NCBI GenBank assembly: GCA_964355375.1
Contig: CAYHFE010000005.1
Coordinates: 1-43,939 of the forward strand
DNA: 43,939 nt
Direction of reading: 5' to 3'
Origin: an uncultured Verrucomicrobiota bacterium
GTDB taxonomy: Bacteria > Verrucomicrobiota > Verrucomicrobiia > Limisphaerales > SIBE01
The notes under the pieces were generated by a model that did no database searches, had not been told where the DNA came from, and was given only the letters and a program-made list of their open reading frames with translations. This document shows positions 9,235 to 18,278 of this stretch, in pieces; within the stretch, counting starts at the first letter, position 1, and the number at the start of each line of letters is the position of its first letter. The translations under genes and the position numbers were made by a program.

Positions 9235-12200
9235 ATGTCTCCCGACCTAAGAGCCTGTTTGGAAACCAGAAGCCGACGTCATGAAGCTCACTTTTCCAAT
9301 CCTCGGCCGACCCGAATTCCTCGAAAATCAGAGTCTCGTCACTGCGACTTCTCCGGCTGGATGGGACTACTCAGACACCCTCGCAACGCCAGAAAATGGG
9401 TGTCACGGCTCATCGTGGTGGCCGCGGTTGTTTGTCGTGCGAACCTCCAAGCTTGGCCGGGCCATGACTGGGATCAATGGCGGCAGGTGACGACCTGGCC
9501 AAAGCCGGAGCGGCCAACCGACCAGGCGGGTCGCCGGGATTTGGCCCCGCTCCTGGGCGGGGATGGGAAGAGCTCCCATCGCGTGACTTCGGTTCATGGC
9601 TGGGAAGAGCGGCGGCAGTCCATCGCCACGACGATTCAGCAGATCCTGGGTCGGCCCTCGAACTTGCAGCGGCCGGCGCTCGAAGTGCGGGAGTTGGGGG
9701 TTGAAGATCTGGACGGTTACACCCGCCGCCACATTCTGATCAGGACCGAGCCGGACGATTGGATCCCGGCCTATCTGCTCGTGCCGAAAAAGTTGTCCGC
9801 GATCCGGGTGCCGGCGATGCTGTGCCTGCATCAAACCGTGGCCCAGGGCAAAGAAGAACCGTGCGGTCTCCGGGGCGATCCGGAATTGGCGTTGGCCGTC
9901 GAATTGGTCCAACGCGGTTACGTGTGTCTGGCACCGGACGTCATTGGGTTTGGCGAGCGCATCGCCCCTGGAAAACAACCCTACGACAATAGCCTCGCCT
10001 TTTACCGCAAACATCCCGAGTGGTCCTTCATGGGCAAAATGGTTTGGGACGTCGGTCGGGCGATCGATTATCTGGAATCGCTGCCCTTTGTCGATCCGCT
10101 GAAGATCGGAAGCATCGGCCACTCTCACGGCGCGTATGGGACGTTGTTCGCGGCGGCCCTGGAACCGCGCCTGGCGGCCGCCATCGCCAGTTGTGGCTTC
10201 ACCACGTTCCGGAGCGATCCGAATCCGGAGAGATGGTCCCATCTCACCGCGCTCATGCCACAGCTCGGATTTTACCTGCCCGAGGCCGCGAACATCCCGT
10301 TTGACTGGCAGCACATCCTCGCGCTGGTGGCGCCGCGGAAATTGTTCGTCTGGTATTCGACCCAGGACTCGATTTTCCCCAAGACAGATAACCTAGTGGA
10401 CCTGCTGACGGATGTGCAAAAAGTCTATGGCCTCCACGACGCCAAAAGCGCGCTGACGTGGCAAGCGTTCGACGGCCCGCATCGCTTTCCGCGAGCGGGT
10501 CGCGAGGCCGCTTACCGTTGGCTCGAGGAGAACGGGTCGCGTGCTTCCACCCCGGCGGCTTCGGCTGCAGAGGCTCCGGGATCGGATCGATCTTCACCCA
10601 AGCGGGCGCTGGAGAAGACGGGAAGCGCGTTGTTTCCAGGCGACCTGGTGGCGCGGGCGCGAGCCAATGCCCGTGCTTACGCGTGGGCCGCGGAAATTCG
10701 GGATTCGCTCGTCGCGGCGGCCCGGCCCTGGATGGACCTGTCCGATGACGATCTCTGGGATCTCATGTTTGACCACACCATCCGGCGCGCCTGGCAGGTG
10801 TGGTCGGATGGGCATTGTCCGTCGTGCCAAAAGGCAGTGCCGATGTACGAGTGGATCCCGGACGCGCTCCGTCAGCCTTGGAAGATGCGTTGCCCGCAAT
10901 GCCGGGAACTCTTTCCGAAAAATGATTTTCTGAAGTTCTATCGTTCCGGAGTGAACGCGCAGGGCGAATTCGATCCGAATCGCGCCGATCGCTCCCTCCT
11001 TTTTAACGCGGACCATCCGGATCCGTCGGATCCCCAGCATCGATTTGGGGTGGACGACGGCGAGGGCTACACCGCCGACGGCCAGCGCTGGCGGTTTATT
11101 GGCGCGTATCTCATTTTTGGCCAATGGAAGCAGGCCATCGTCGCCGGGATCCGAAATCTCTCCGCCGCCTACGTCGCGACGGGCGACCTGATGTATGCGC
11201 ACAAGGCGGGCATTCTGCTCGACCGTGTGGCCGATTTCTACCCGGCGTTTGATTTCGGCAAGGAAGGGGTGATGTACGAGGGCGCCCCGCGGTCCGGATA
11301 TGTTTCGACCTGGCATGATGCGTGTGTCGAAGTTCATGACCTGGCATTGGCCTACGATGCGGTCTTTGAAGGATTGGCCCGGGACGAGGGATGGGTGACC
11401 TTTCTTGCGGCCAAGGCCGCGAAACACGCGCTGGCTCATTCCAAATCCTCGTGGGCCGAAATTCAGCGCCATATCGAGGAGAGAATCTTTCGCGATACTT
11501 TGGCGAATCGACCAAAGATCGAGTCGAATTATCCTTCGACGGACGTGACGATCACCGCGATCCAGACGGTCCTCGGCTGGCCGAGCAACCGCGCGGAGGT
11601 CATGGCCATGCTCGATGCCATCATCGGCCAAGCCACCGCCGTGGACGGTCTCACCGGGGAAAAGGGAATCGCCGGCTATTCCGTGATTGCGCCGCACGCC
11701 ATCGCCGAAATTTTGGGCCGCTACGCGCGGGCCGAGCCCGGGTTCATCCGGGAAATTCTCCGGCGTCATCCGCGGCTTCACGACATGTACCGGTTTCATC
11801 TGGAGACGTGGTGTCTTGGGCAATATTACCCGCGCACGGGAGACACCGGTTCGTTTGCGGAGAAGATGCCGGGCTACGCCGGCTTGGCGTTCGCCAAGAA
11901 CCCGGGGATCAATCCGTCGTCCTCCGCCTTTCTCGAGGCGCTCGCCGACGCGACGGGCGATCCGGATTTCGCCCGCTTGCTCTATGGCGCGAACGGGTCT
12001 TCCACCAAGGGCTTGCCCTATGACTTGTTTGCGGCCGAACCCGGCGCGTTCCAGGCCAGGGTGGCGAAGGTCATCGCCGCGAGCGGCGCGGCCATCAGAC
12101 AGACCAGCGTGAACAAGACCGAATGGGCTTTGGCCATCCTCCGTTCCGGCGAACAGTCCCAGGGGCGGGCGGCCTGGCTCGATTACGATTCCGGCGAGCG

Positions 12201-13362
12201 CCACGGCCACGCCGATGGCATGAACCTCGGTCTTTTCGCGAAAGGGCTGGACCTCCTGCCCGACTTCGGCTACCCGCCCGTGCAATACGGAGGGTGGAGT
12301 TCACCCCGGGCGGTTTGGTACACCCAGACGGCCGCGCACAATACCGTGGCCGTGGATGGCCGGAACACGCGTCCGGGGCGGGGGCAAACGACACTCTGGT
12401 TTGACGGCGTCCAATTCCGCGTGGTGCGTGCTTCCGGTGCGGCCTTGGCCGGTGTCCAGCAATTCGAACGGACTGTCGCGCTCGTGGATATTTCTGAGGC
12501 GGATTCCTACGTGATCGATCTCTTTCGGGTCGCCGGAGGAGCCGAGCACACTCGATTCCTCCACGGGCATTTTGGCCGGGTCACGACCCAGGGTTTATCG
12601 CTCGTTCCGGTGGAACCGCCTCGCTTCGCGCCGGTCATGCGCGCCTTTCGGCGAGATGTGGCGCCGGCTGATGGGTGGAGCGTGGATTGGCGCATCGAGG
12701 ATCACCTCAAGTACCTGCCGCCGTCGAGCGAGGTGCATCTTCGTCACACCGATCTGACGCGGGGCGCGGAGGTGGAAGTGGCCGAAGCCTGGGTGGCGGT
12801 GGGGCTTTACGGCGGGACGGCGGAAGCGTGGATTCCGAGCGTGCTCGTCCGGCGTCGGGGGACCGGGGCGGCGCTCTCTTCGATGTTCGTGGGAGTTTTG
12901 GAGCCGTATGAGAGAAAGTCCAACATCGCCGGGATACGCCGTTTGGAGCTCCAGGATTCAGTGGCGACATCCGAGGCGGCGAAGTCTGATCTCGAGAGCC
13001 ACGTCGGGATCGAGCTTCGTTTGACGGATGGGCGACGGGATGTGGTGATCTCGAGGAATGTTGAACTTGGCGCCGCGGCGCCTTCGAGTGGAGCCAACCG
13101 GTCTTCGATTCTCGCAACCGAAGGCGGCGTTCGTTTTGAAGGCGACCTTGGCTTGGCCCGATTCGACGCGGCCAACGGTTTGCGGCGGGTCGTATTTTGC
13201 CGAGGCGCTTCGTTCCAAATCGGAGAAATCCTCATCCGGGCGAAGAACGCGGCGGCCAGTTTTGAATTGGCCTTCGATGATAAGACTGTTTCCGTCGTCG
13301 CGGGTTCGCCCGACGCCCTGGAGAGTGTCGAAGTTGCAGGGACGAGGATCTGGCCGAAATGA
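9235..13362 (+). CDS. Secreted fusion of an alpha/beta-hydrolase (esterase-like) and a heparinase II/III-like polysaccharide lyase
   Basis: GHSHG nucleophile elbow with later D (TQDS) and H (GPH); Ala/Ser/Pro linker; CPSC...CPQC; HGHADGMNLGLF...DFGY and AHNTVAVDG (Hepar_II_III motifs). An alternative start is ATG 9361. Confidence 0.8.
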   Translation: MSPDLRACLETRSRRHEAHFSNPRPTRIPRKSESRHCDFSGWMGLLRHPRNARKWVSRLIVVAAVVCRANLQAWPGHDWDQWRQVTTWPKPERPTDQAGRRDLAPLLGGDGKSSHRVTSVHGWEERRQSIATTIQQILGRPSNLQRPALEVRELGVEDLDGYTRRHILIRTEPDDWIPAYLLVPKKLSAIRVPAMLCLHQTVAQGKEEPCGLRGDPELALAVELVQRGYVCLAPDVIGFGERIAPGKQPYDNSLAFYRKHPEWSFMGKMVWDVGRAIDYLESLPFVDPLKIGSIGHSHGAYGTLFAAALEPRLAAAIASCGFTTFRSDPNPERWSHLTALMPQLGFYLPEAANIPFDWQHILALVAPRKLFVWYSTQDSIFPKTDNLVDLLTDVQKVYGLHDAKSALTWQAFDGPHRFPRAGREAAYRWLEENGSRASTPAASAAEAPGSDRSSPKRALEKTGSALFPGDLVARARANARAYAWAAEIRDSLVAAARPWMDLSDDDLWDLMFDHTIRRAWQVWSDGHCPSCQKAVPMYEWIPDALRQPWKMRCPQCRELFPKNDFLKFYRSGVNAQGEFDPNRADRSLLFNADHPDPSDPQHRFGVDDGEGYTADGQRWRFIGAYLIFGQWKQAIVAGIRNLSAAYVATGDLMYAHKAGILLDRVADFYPAFDFGKEGVMYEGAPRSGYVSTWHDACVEVHDLALAYDAVFEGLARDEGWVTFLAAKAAKHALAHSKSSWAEIQRHIEERIFRDTLANRPKIESNYPSTDVTITAIQTVLGWPSNRAEVMAMLDAIIGQATAVDGLTGEKGIAGYSVIAPHAIAEILGRYARAEPGFIREILRRHPRLHDMYRFHLETWCLGQYYPRTGDTGSFAEKMPGYAGLAFAKNPGINPSSSAFLEALADATGDPDFARLLYGANGSSTKGLPYDLFAAEPGAFQARVAKVIAASGAAIRQTSVNKTEWALAILRSGEQSQGRAAWLDYDSGERHGHADGMNLGLFAKGLDLLPDFGYPPVQYGGWSSPRAVWYTQTAAHNTVAVDGRNTRPGRGQTTLWFDGVQFRVVRASGAALAGVQQFERTVALVDISEADSYVIDLFRVAGGAEHTRFLHGHFGRVTTQGLSLVPVEPPRFAPVMRAFRRDVAPADGWSVDWRIEDHLKYLPPSSEVHLRHTDLTRGAEVEVAEAWVAVGLYGGTAEAWIPSVLVRRRGTGAALSSMFVGVLEPYERKSNIAGIRRLELQDSVATSEAAKSDLESHVGIELRLTDGRRDVVISRNVELGAAAPSSGANRSSILATEGGVRFEGDLGLARFDAANGLRRVVFCRGASFQIGEILIRAKNAAASFELAFDDKTVSVVAGSPDALESVEVAGTRIWPK
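9251..9382. mobile_element. 132-bp MITE with GAGCCTGTT.../...CAGACACCCTC terminal inverted repeats (family A)
   Basis: The termini and internal motifs (CTCACTT; GAGTCTCGTCACTGCGACTTCTCCG) are shared with 23780..23899, 35395..35524 and 38904..39059. Confidence 0.75.
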
Positions 13363-13406
13363 TGTTCAGGCGTTCCCGAGGGTGAGCCTCCTGCCGTCGT
13401 CTCCAA

Positions 13407-13549
13407 CTTCTTGGAGAGCCTCCTTTCGCTTCGCGCTTGCCTTGGAAACATGAGCCCGTTCACGGTGGGGCGAAACTCCGTCGCGCCCTGAAATCTTGGC
13501 CGACAGAAATGGCACTGCTCGACGGAGTCCCGCCCCACCCAGGTTCAGG
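13407..13549. repeat. Degenerate GGTTCATGG...CCATGAAC-type unit followed by a GGTGGGGCGA...CGCCCCACC palindrome
   Basis: 13464..13539 is homologous to 8080..8155. The flanks CATGAGCC and GGTTCAGGG resemble the family termini. Confidence 0.7.
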
Positions 13550-13657
13550 GGAAGACTTTGAGCGATTTCCCGGACGGGGCTGCGAAACGGCCTCGCGCCG
13601 GACAGAGTCTTTGTTGACCGTCCTCCAGAAACGTGTACTTAATTCGGCAATCACATT

Positions 13658-14998
13658 ATGAAAAACACCTCCCTCATCCGTTTACTTCCGTGGCTGCCGC
13701 GCCGTCTGGCCTGGGTTCTGGCCGCGACCAGCCTTGTTTCGACCGTCCCCGCCCAGGACGTCCAGCCGCCCAAAGGCTTCACCGCTCTTTTCAACGGCAA
13801 AGATCTGTCGGGCTGGCGCGGAGGAGACACCTTCGACCACCGCAAGCTGCTCGAAATGACGGAAGCCGACCGCGCGAACAAGATCGGCGGGTGGACCAAG
13901 ACGATGAAGGAACATTGGCGAGCCGAGAACAACGAACTGGTCAATGACGGCCAGGGCGCTTACGCCACGACCGAGAAGGATTACGGGGATATCGAATTTC
14001 TCATCGAGTACAAGACCGTGCCCAAGGCCGATTCCGGAATCTATCTGCGGGGCGTGCCGCAGGTCCAGATTTGGGATCGCACGAACGAACGGGAGTTTCG
14101 CAATGGCGCGGATAAAGGCAGCGGCGGGCTTTGGAACAACAGCCCAGGCGCGCCCGGCAAAGACCCGCTGGTCGCGGCCGACAAACCGTTCGGTGAATGG
14201 AACAGTTTCCGCATCATCCAGGTGGGCGCTCGCACCACGGTCTGGCTGAATGGCAAGCTCGTGGTGGACCACGCTCTTCTGGAAAACTATTACGATCGCA
14301 AACGTTCCATCCCGGCGCGCGGCCCGATCGAACTCCAAACGCATGGTGGGGAGATCCGCTGGCGCAATGTTTTCCTCCGCGAAATCCCGGCCGAAGAGGC
14401 CAACGCCCTGCTCAGCCAGAAATCGGCGACCGGGTTCAAAGCGGTTTTCAACGGCCAGAATCTCGACGGTTGGGCCGGGCCTCTGGACCAGTATGAAGTC
14501 AAAGAGGGCGCCCTGACCTGCAAACCGCGCAAGGGCGGAACGATTTATACCAAGGAAGAATACTCCGATTTCATGGCCCGTTTGGAGTTTAAGCTCCCGC
14601 CCGGTGGCAACAACGGTTTGGCGATTCGTTATTCGGGCTCCGGCGACACCGCCTATGCCGGCATGTGCGAACTGCAAGTCTTAGACGATGGCGCGGCTCA
14701 ATATGCGAAGTTGGATCCACGTCAGGCCCACGGTTCGGCTTACGGGATGGCGGCGGCCCAGCGCGGCTATTTGCGGCCCGTCGGGGAATGGAACTTCGAG
14801 GAAGTCACGATCAAAGGATCGACCATCAAGGTGGAACTCAATGGCACGGTCATCCTCGACACGGATTTGAGCAAGATCACTCAGTACATGGCCAACAGCG
14901 CTCATCCGGGCAAAGATCGGACGTCCGGTCACTTTGGATTCGCCGGTCATAGCGATCCCGTCCAATTCCGTAATATTAAGATCAAGCCTCTGAACTGA
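13658..14998 (+). CDS. Secreted tandem DUF1080 (3-keto-disaccharide hydrolase-like) protein
   Basis: Signal peptide and two domains, each with (L/V)FNG(K/Q)xLxGW, (DSG/NNG)(I/L), GEWN and a C-terminal H...(W/F)RN motif. Confidence 0.9.
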   Translation: MKNTSLIRLLPWLPRRLAWVLAATSLVSTVPAQDVQPPKGFTALFNGKDLSGWRGGDTFDHRKLLEMTEADRANKIGGWTKTMKEHWRAENNELVNDGQGAYATTEKDYGDIEFLIEYKTVPKADSGIYLRGVPQVQIWDRTNEREFRNGADKGSGGLWNNSPGAPGKDPLVAADKPFGEWNSFRIIQVGARTTVWLNGKLVVDHALLENYYDRKRSIPARGPIELQTHGGEIRWRNVFLREIPAEEANALLSQKSATGFKAVFNGQNLDGWAGPLDQYEVKEGALTCKPRKGGTIYTKEEYSDFMARLEFKLPPGGNNGLAIRYSGSGDTAYAGMCELQVLDDGAAQYAKLDPRQAHGSAYGMAAAQRGYLRPVGEWNFEEVTIKGSTIKVELNGTVILDTDLSKITQYMANSAHPGKDRTSGHFGFAGHSDPVQFRNIKIKPLN

Positions 14999-15109
14999 GA
15001 TCGCTCCATGGTGACCCGTTCTGGTGCGTCAGTGTGGTCGGCGAGGGCTCCGACCACGGCACGCGAGGGCGCGTGCGCTCCCCATTTCAACTGAATGATT
15101 GCGGCTAAG
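14995..15109. mobile_element. Shell-type element carrying half of the GGGGAGCGCACGCGCCCTCGCGTG core
   Basis: Bounded by CTGAG and CTAAG. The right end is CAACTGAATGATTGCGG. The core 15033..15083 matches the right half of the 19789..19939 core. Confidence 0.65.
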
Positions 15110-15135
15110 ACCATTGCAGAATAGGAGAAACCACT

Positions 15136-16287
15136 ATGCCAAAAATGACTGACTGGATCGTCTCATTCGGAGCGGTCGTCGGCGTGATCAGCCTCGTCGG
15201 CTGCGCCACCAGCACCCCGTCCGGCCGCGGCGCAATCAGCCACGCGCCTTTCGGGACCACCAAAGATGGCAAGCCCGTCGAGATTTACACCCTCCGCAAC
15301 GCCGCCGGAACGGAAGCGCGCATCATGACCTACGGCGGCATTGTCGTGTCGCTGAAGGTCCCCGAGAAGAGCGGCCGGTTGGGCGACGTCGTTCTCGGAT
15401 ACGACACCCTGGCCGATTACGAAAAGGAAAGTCCCTATTTCGGCTGCCTCGTGGGGCGCTATGGCAACCGGATCGCCAAAGGCAAGTTCACGCTCAGCGG
15501 CACGACCTATTCCCTGGCCACCAATAACTATCCGAACGCGCTTCATGGCGGCGTGAAGGGCTTCGACAAGCAGGTGTGGACGGCCACTCCCCGACTCAAC
15601 GCGGGTACCCCAAGCTTGGAACTGAGCTATGTCAGCAAAGATGGCGAGGAAGGCTATCCGGGCAACCTCTCGGTCAGCGCAGTTTACACGCTCACCAAAG
15701 AAAACGCCTTGCGCCTGGATTACACCGCTACGACCGACAAGGACACGGTTCTGAACCTGACCCAGCATTCCTACTTCAATCTCGCGGGCCGGGGCGACGT
15801 TCTGAGCCACATCGTCGAGATGCCGGCCGACCATTTCACACCGGTGGACAGCACCTTGATCCCGACCGGCGAATTACGGTCCGTTCAAGGCACGCCCTTT
15901 GATTTCCGCAAGCCCACCCGAATGGGCGCTCGCATCAATCAGGCGGAAAGCGATGAGCAACTCAAGTTCGGAGGCGGCTACGACCACAACTGGGTCTTCA
16001 CCAAGAGACCGGGGGATTTGACGTCCCTGGCGCGGGTGACGGAGCCGGCGACCGGCCGGGTCTTGGAAGTCCTCTCCACGGAACCCGGACTGCAATTCTA
16101 TACGGGCAATTTCCTCAATGGCACACTCACTGGGAAAGGCGGCTGGGCCTACCAATTCCGCAACGGCTTCTGCATGGAACCGCAGCATTATCCGGATTCA
16201 CCCAATCAGCCCAAGTTTCCGTCGGTCGTTCTGAAGCCCGGGCAGACCTACCGGAACACGATCATTTACCGATTCTCCACCCAGTAG
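15136..16287 (+). CDS. galM: Aldose 1-epimerase (galactose mutarotase) with lipoprotein signal
   Basis: GRYGNRI, LHGG, NLTQHSYFNL, GYDHNW and FCMEPQHYPD motifs; lipobox LVGC; SD AGGAG. Confidence 0.93.
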   Translation: MPKMTDWIVSFGAVVGVISLVGCATSTPSGRGAISHAPFGTTKDGKPVEIYTLRNAAGTEARIMTYGGIVVSLKVPEKSGRLGDVVLGYDTLADYEKESPYFGCLVGRYGNRIAKGKFTLSGTTYSLATNNYPNALHGGVKGFDKQVWTATPRLNAGTPSLELSYVSKDGEEGYPGNLSVSAVYTLTKENALRLDYTATTDKDTVLNLTQHSYFNLAGRGDVLSHIVEMPADHFTPVDSTLIPTGELRSVQGTPFDFRKPTRMGARINQAESDEQLKFGGGYDHNWVFTKRPGDLTSLARVTEPATGRVLEVLSTEPGLQFYTGNFLNGTLTGKGGWAYQFRNGFCMEPQHYPDSPNQPKFPSVVLKPGQTYRNTIIYRFSTQ

Positions 16288-16321
16288 GAAGGAACCGTCC
16301 CGAGCATAAAATAGAATCGCT

Positions 16322-17269
16322 ATGAAACGTAGAAGCATACTGACGACGCTGGCGGGTTTGAGCGTCTTGGCCATGGCGGTGGGATGTTCCCAGGGCGACA
16401 AATCCGAGAAGGTCTTCGTCATGGTGCCCAAAGGCGTCCATCCCTACTACGAGCCGTGCTACGAAGGCTTCACCAACGCCGCCGCCAAGTACGGCGTCAA
16501 GACCGAGTACCGCGCCGCCAAGGCCTTTGAAGTGCCCCAACAGGTCGAGATCATCGAGAACTTGATCGCGCGGCGAGTCGCGGGCATCGCCCTCTCCGCC
16601 CTCGATGACCAGGGACTCGTGCCGGTCATCAAGGAAGCGACCGCGGCCGGCATCAAGGTGATCACCTTTGATGCGCCCGCCCCATCATCCGCAGCATTGA
16701 CCTATATCGGCACGATGAACGAAACAGCGGGCTACACGGCCGGGGAAGCGCTGATTCAACAGATGAATGGCGAGGGCGAGGTGGCCGTTCTCCAGGGGGG
16801 GCTCGGCGCTCCGAATTTGAATGACCGTTTTCGCGGATTCGAAAAAGCCCTGAAAGAGAAGGCGCCCAACATCAAAATTGTCGCCCGGGAAGATGAACAA
16901 GGGAAAATGGACCTGACCGTCAATAAAACCGAAGCGCTTCTCGAGGCCCACCCGAAACTCAAAGCCATCTTCAGCGTCTCCGCCGAAGGCGTTCCCGGAG
17001 CGGTCGCGGTGCTCAAAGAGCGCAACAAATCCAACATCATTCTGGCCGGCTTCGATGATCTGCCCGACACGCTCGCCGGCATCCGCAGCGGACTGGTGAA
17101 ATTCTGTGTGGCCCAGCGAACCTTCAAGATGGGCTGGCTCTCGATTGAGAAACTGCTCGACGCCACCGCGGGAAAGCCGTTGCCCAAACAGATCGACACC
17201 GGCGTCCTGATCGTCACCAAGGAAAACGTGGATAGCTACATGCGGGACATGAAGAAAGAGTTTCAGTAA
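16322..17269 (+). CDS. Sugar ABC transporter substrate-binding lipoprotein (RbsB-like)
   Basis: Lipobox AVGC; KEATAAGIKVITFD, YIGTMN, GFDD and IDTGVLIVTKEN motifs. Confidence 0.92.
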   Translation: MKRRSILTTLAGLSVLAMAVGCSQGDKSEKVFVMVPKGVHPYYEPCYEGFTNAAAKYGVKTEYRAAKAFEVPQQVEIIENLIARRVAGIALSALDDQGLVPVIKEATAAGIKVITFDAPAPSSAALTYIGTMNETAGYTAGEALIQQMNGEGEVAVLQGGLGAPNLNDRFRGFEKALKEKAPNIKIVAREDEQGKMDLTVNKTEALLEAHPKLKAIFSVSAEGVPGAVAVLKERNKSNIILAGFDDLPDTLAGIRSGLVKFCVAQRTFKMGWLSIEKLLDATAGKPLPKQIDTGVLIVTKENVDSYMRDMKKEFQ

Positions 17270-17288
17270 GCCGGCCCCGAACAAGTCC

Positions 17289-18278
17289 GTGAACCCTTCC
17301 GAGGCCACCCCCAAGGCCAAGCCACCGGCCGGTCGTGGCGTCCTCCAGAATCTGCTGCGCCGCCGGGAATCGGGCATCTTTCTCGCTCTGCTCGGATTGA
17401 TGGTGTTCATCACCATTTTCCAGCCTCAGTTTGCCACCCGGACGAATCTTTACCTGGTCGGACGCCAGGTGGCCTTCACGGCCATTGTCGCCCTCGGCGT
17501 CTTCTTCGTCATCCTGACCAGCGGGATCGATTTGTCGGTCGGATCGATGGTCGGGCTCAGCGGAGTCACGTGCGGTTCCGCGATGGCTGCCGGCTTTCAC
17601 CCCGCCCTCGCGATCTTGGTTGGTTTGCTGACCGGCGCGGCCGTCGGCGCGGCCAACGGCGCCATCGTGGCCTGGGTCGGGGTCACGCCGTTCATCGTCA
17701 CGCTCGGGTCGCTCAGCATGGCCCGGGGCGTGGTCTTGGTCCTGACCCATGGCGATTCCGTGCGCGCCATTCCGGAAGGGTTCATCAACGCCGGTTTGAT
17801 GGACCTCGCGGGCATTCCTGCTCCGGTGGTGGTCCTCCTGCTGATCGCGGCCGCCTCGCACATCATTCTCACCTATACCGTGTTTGGACGGCGGGTTTAC
17901 GCGGTCGGGGGCAACGAGGAAGCCACCGCCCTCTCCGGCATCAACACCCGGCGCGTCAAGTTCCTCACCTACGTGATCTCGAGCGTGCTCAGTTCGGTGA
18001 CGGGCATCCTCTTCATCGCGCGCTTTCGCTCCGCCCAAGCCAACGCCGGCCTGGGCATGGAACTGGACGCCATCGCCGCGGCAGTCATCGGTGGCACCTC
18101 GTTGATGGGCGGCCAAGGCACCGTCCTCGGCGTCTTGATCGGCGCCATGGTCATGGGGGTCATTCGCAATGGCCTCGTCTTGATGCAGGTGTCGTCCTAC
18201 TGGCAAGAGCTGATCATCGGCTCGATCATTGTCCTGGCCGCCGTTTTGGACGTCGTGCGGAGCCGAAGAAAGTCATGA
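17289..18278 (+). CDS. Sugar ABC transporter permease (RbsC-like)
   Basis: GIDLSVGS, PFIVTLG, GGNEEATALSGI and ELDAIAAAVIGGTSL motifs. Confidence 0.95.
   Translation: MNPSEATPKAKPPAGRGVLQNLLRRRESGIFLALLGLMVFITIFQPQFATRTNLYLVGRQVAFTAIVALGVFFVILTSGIDLSVGSMVGLSGVTCGSAMAAGFHPALAILVGLLTGAAVGAANGAIVAWVGVTPFIVTLGSLSMARGVVLVLTHGDSVRAIPEGFINAGLMDLAGIPAPVVVLLLIAAASHIILTYTVFGRRVYAVGGNEEATALSGINTRRVKFLTYVISSVLSSVTGILFIARFRSAQANAGLGMELDAIAAAVIGGTSLMGGQGTVLGVLIGAMVMGVIRNGLVLMQVSSYWQELIIGSIIVLAAVLDVVRSRRKS

Noticed and set aside
13614-13643. Possible sigma70 promoter before the DUF1080 gene
   Set aside because: TTGACC is present, but no convincing -10 hexamer lies at 16-18 nt spacing.
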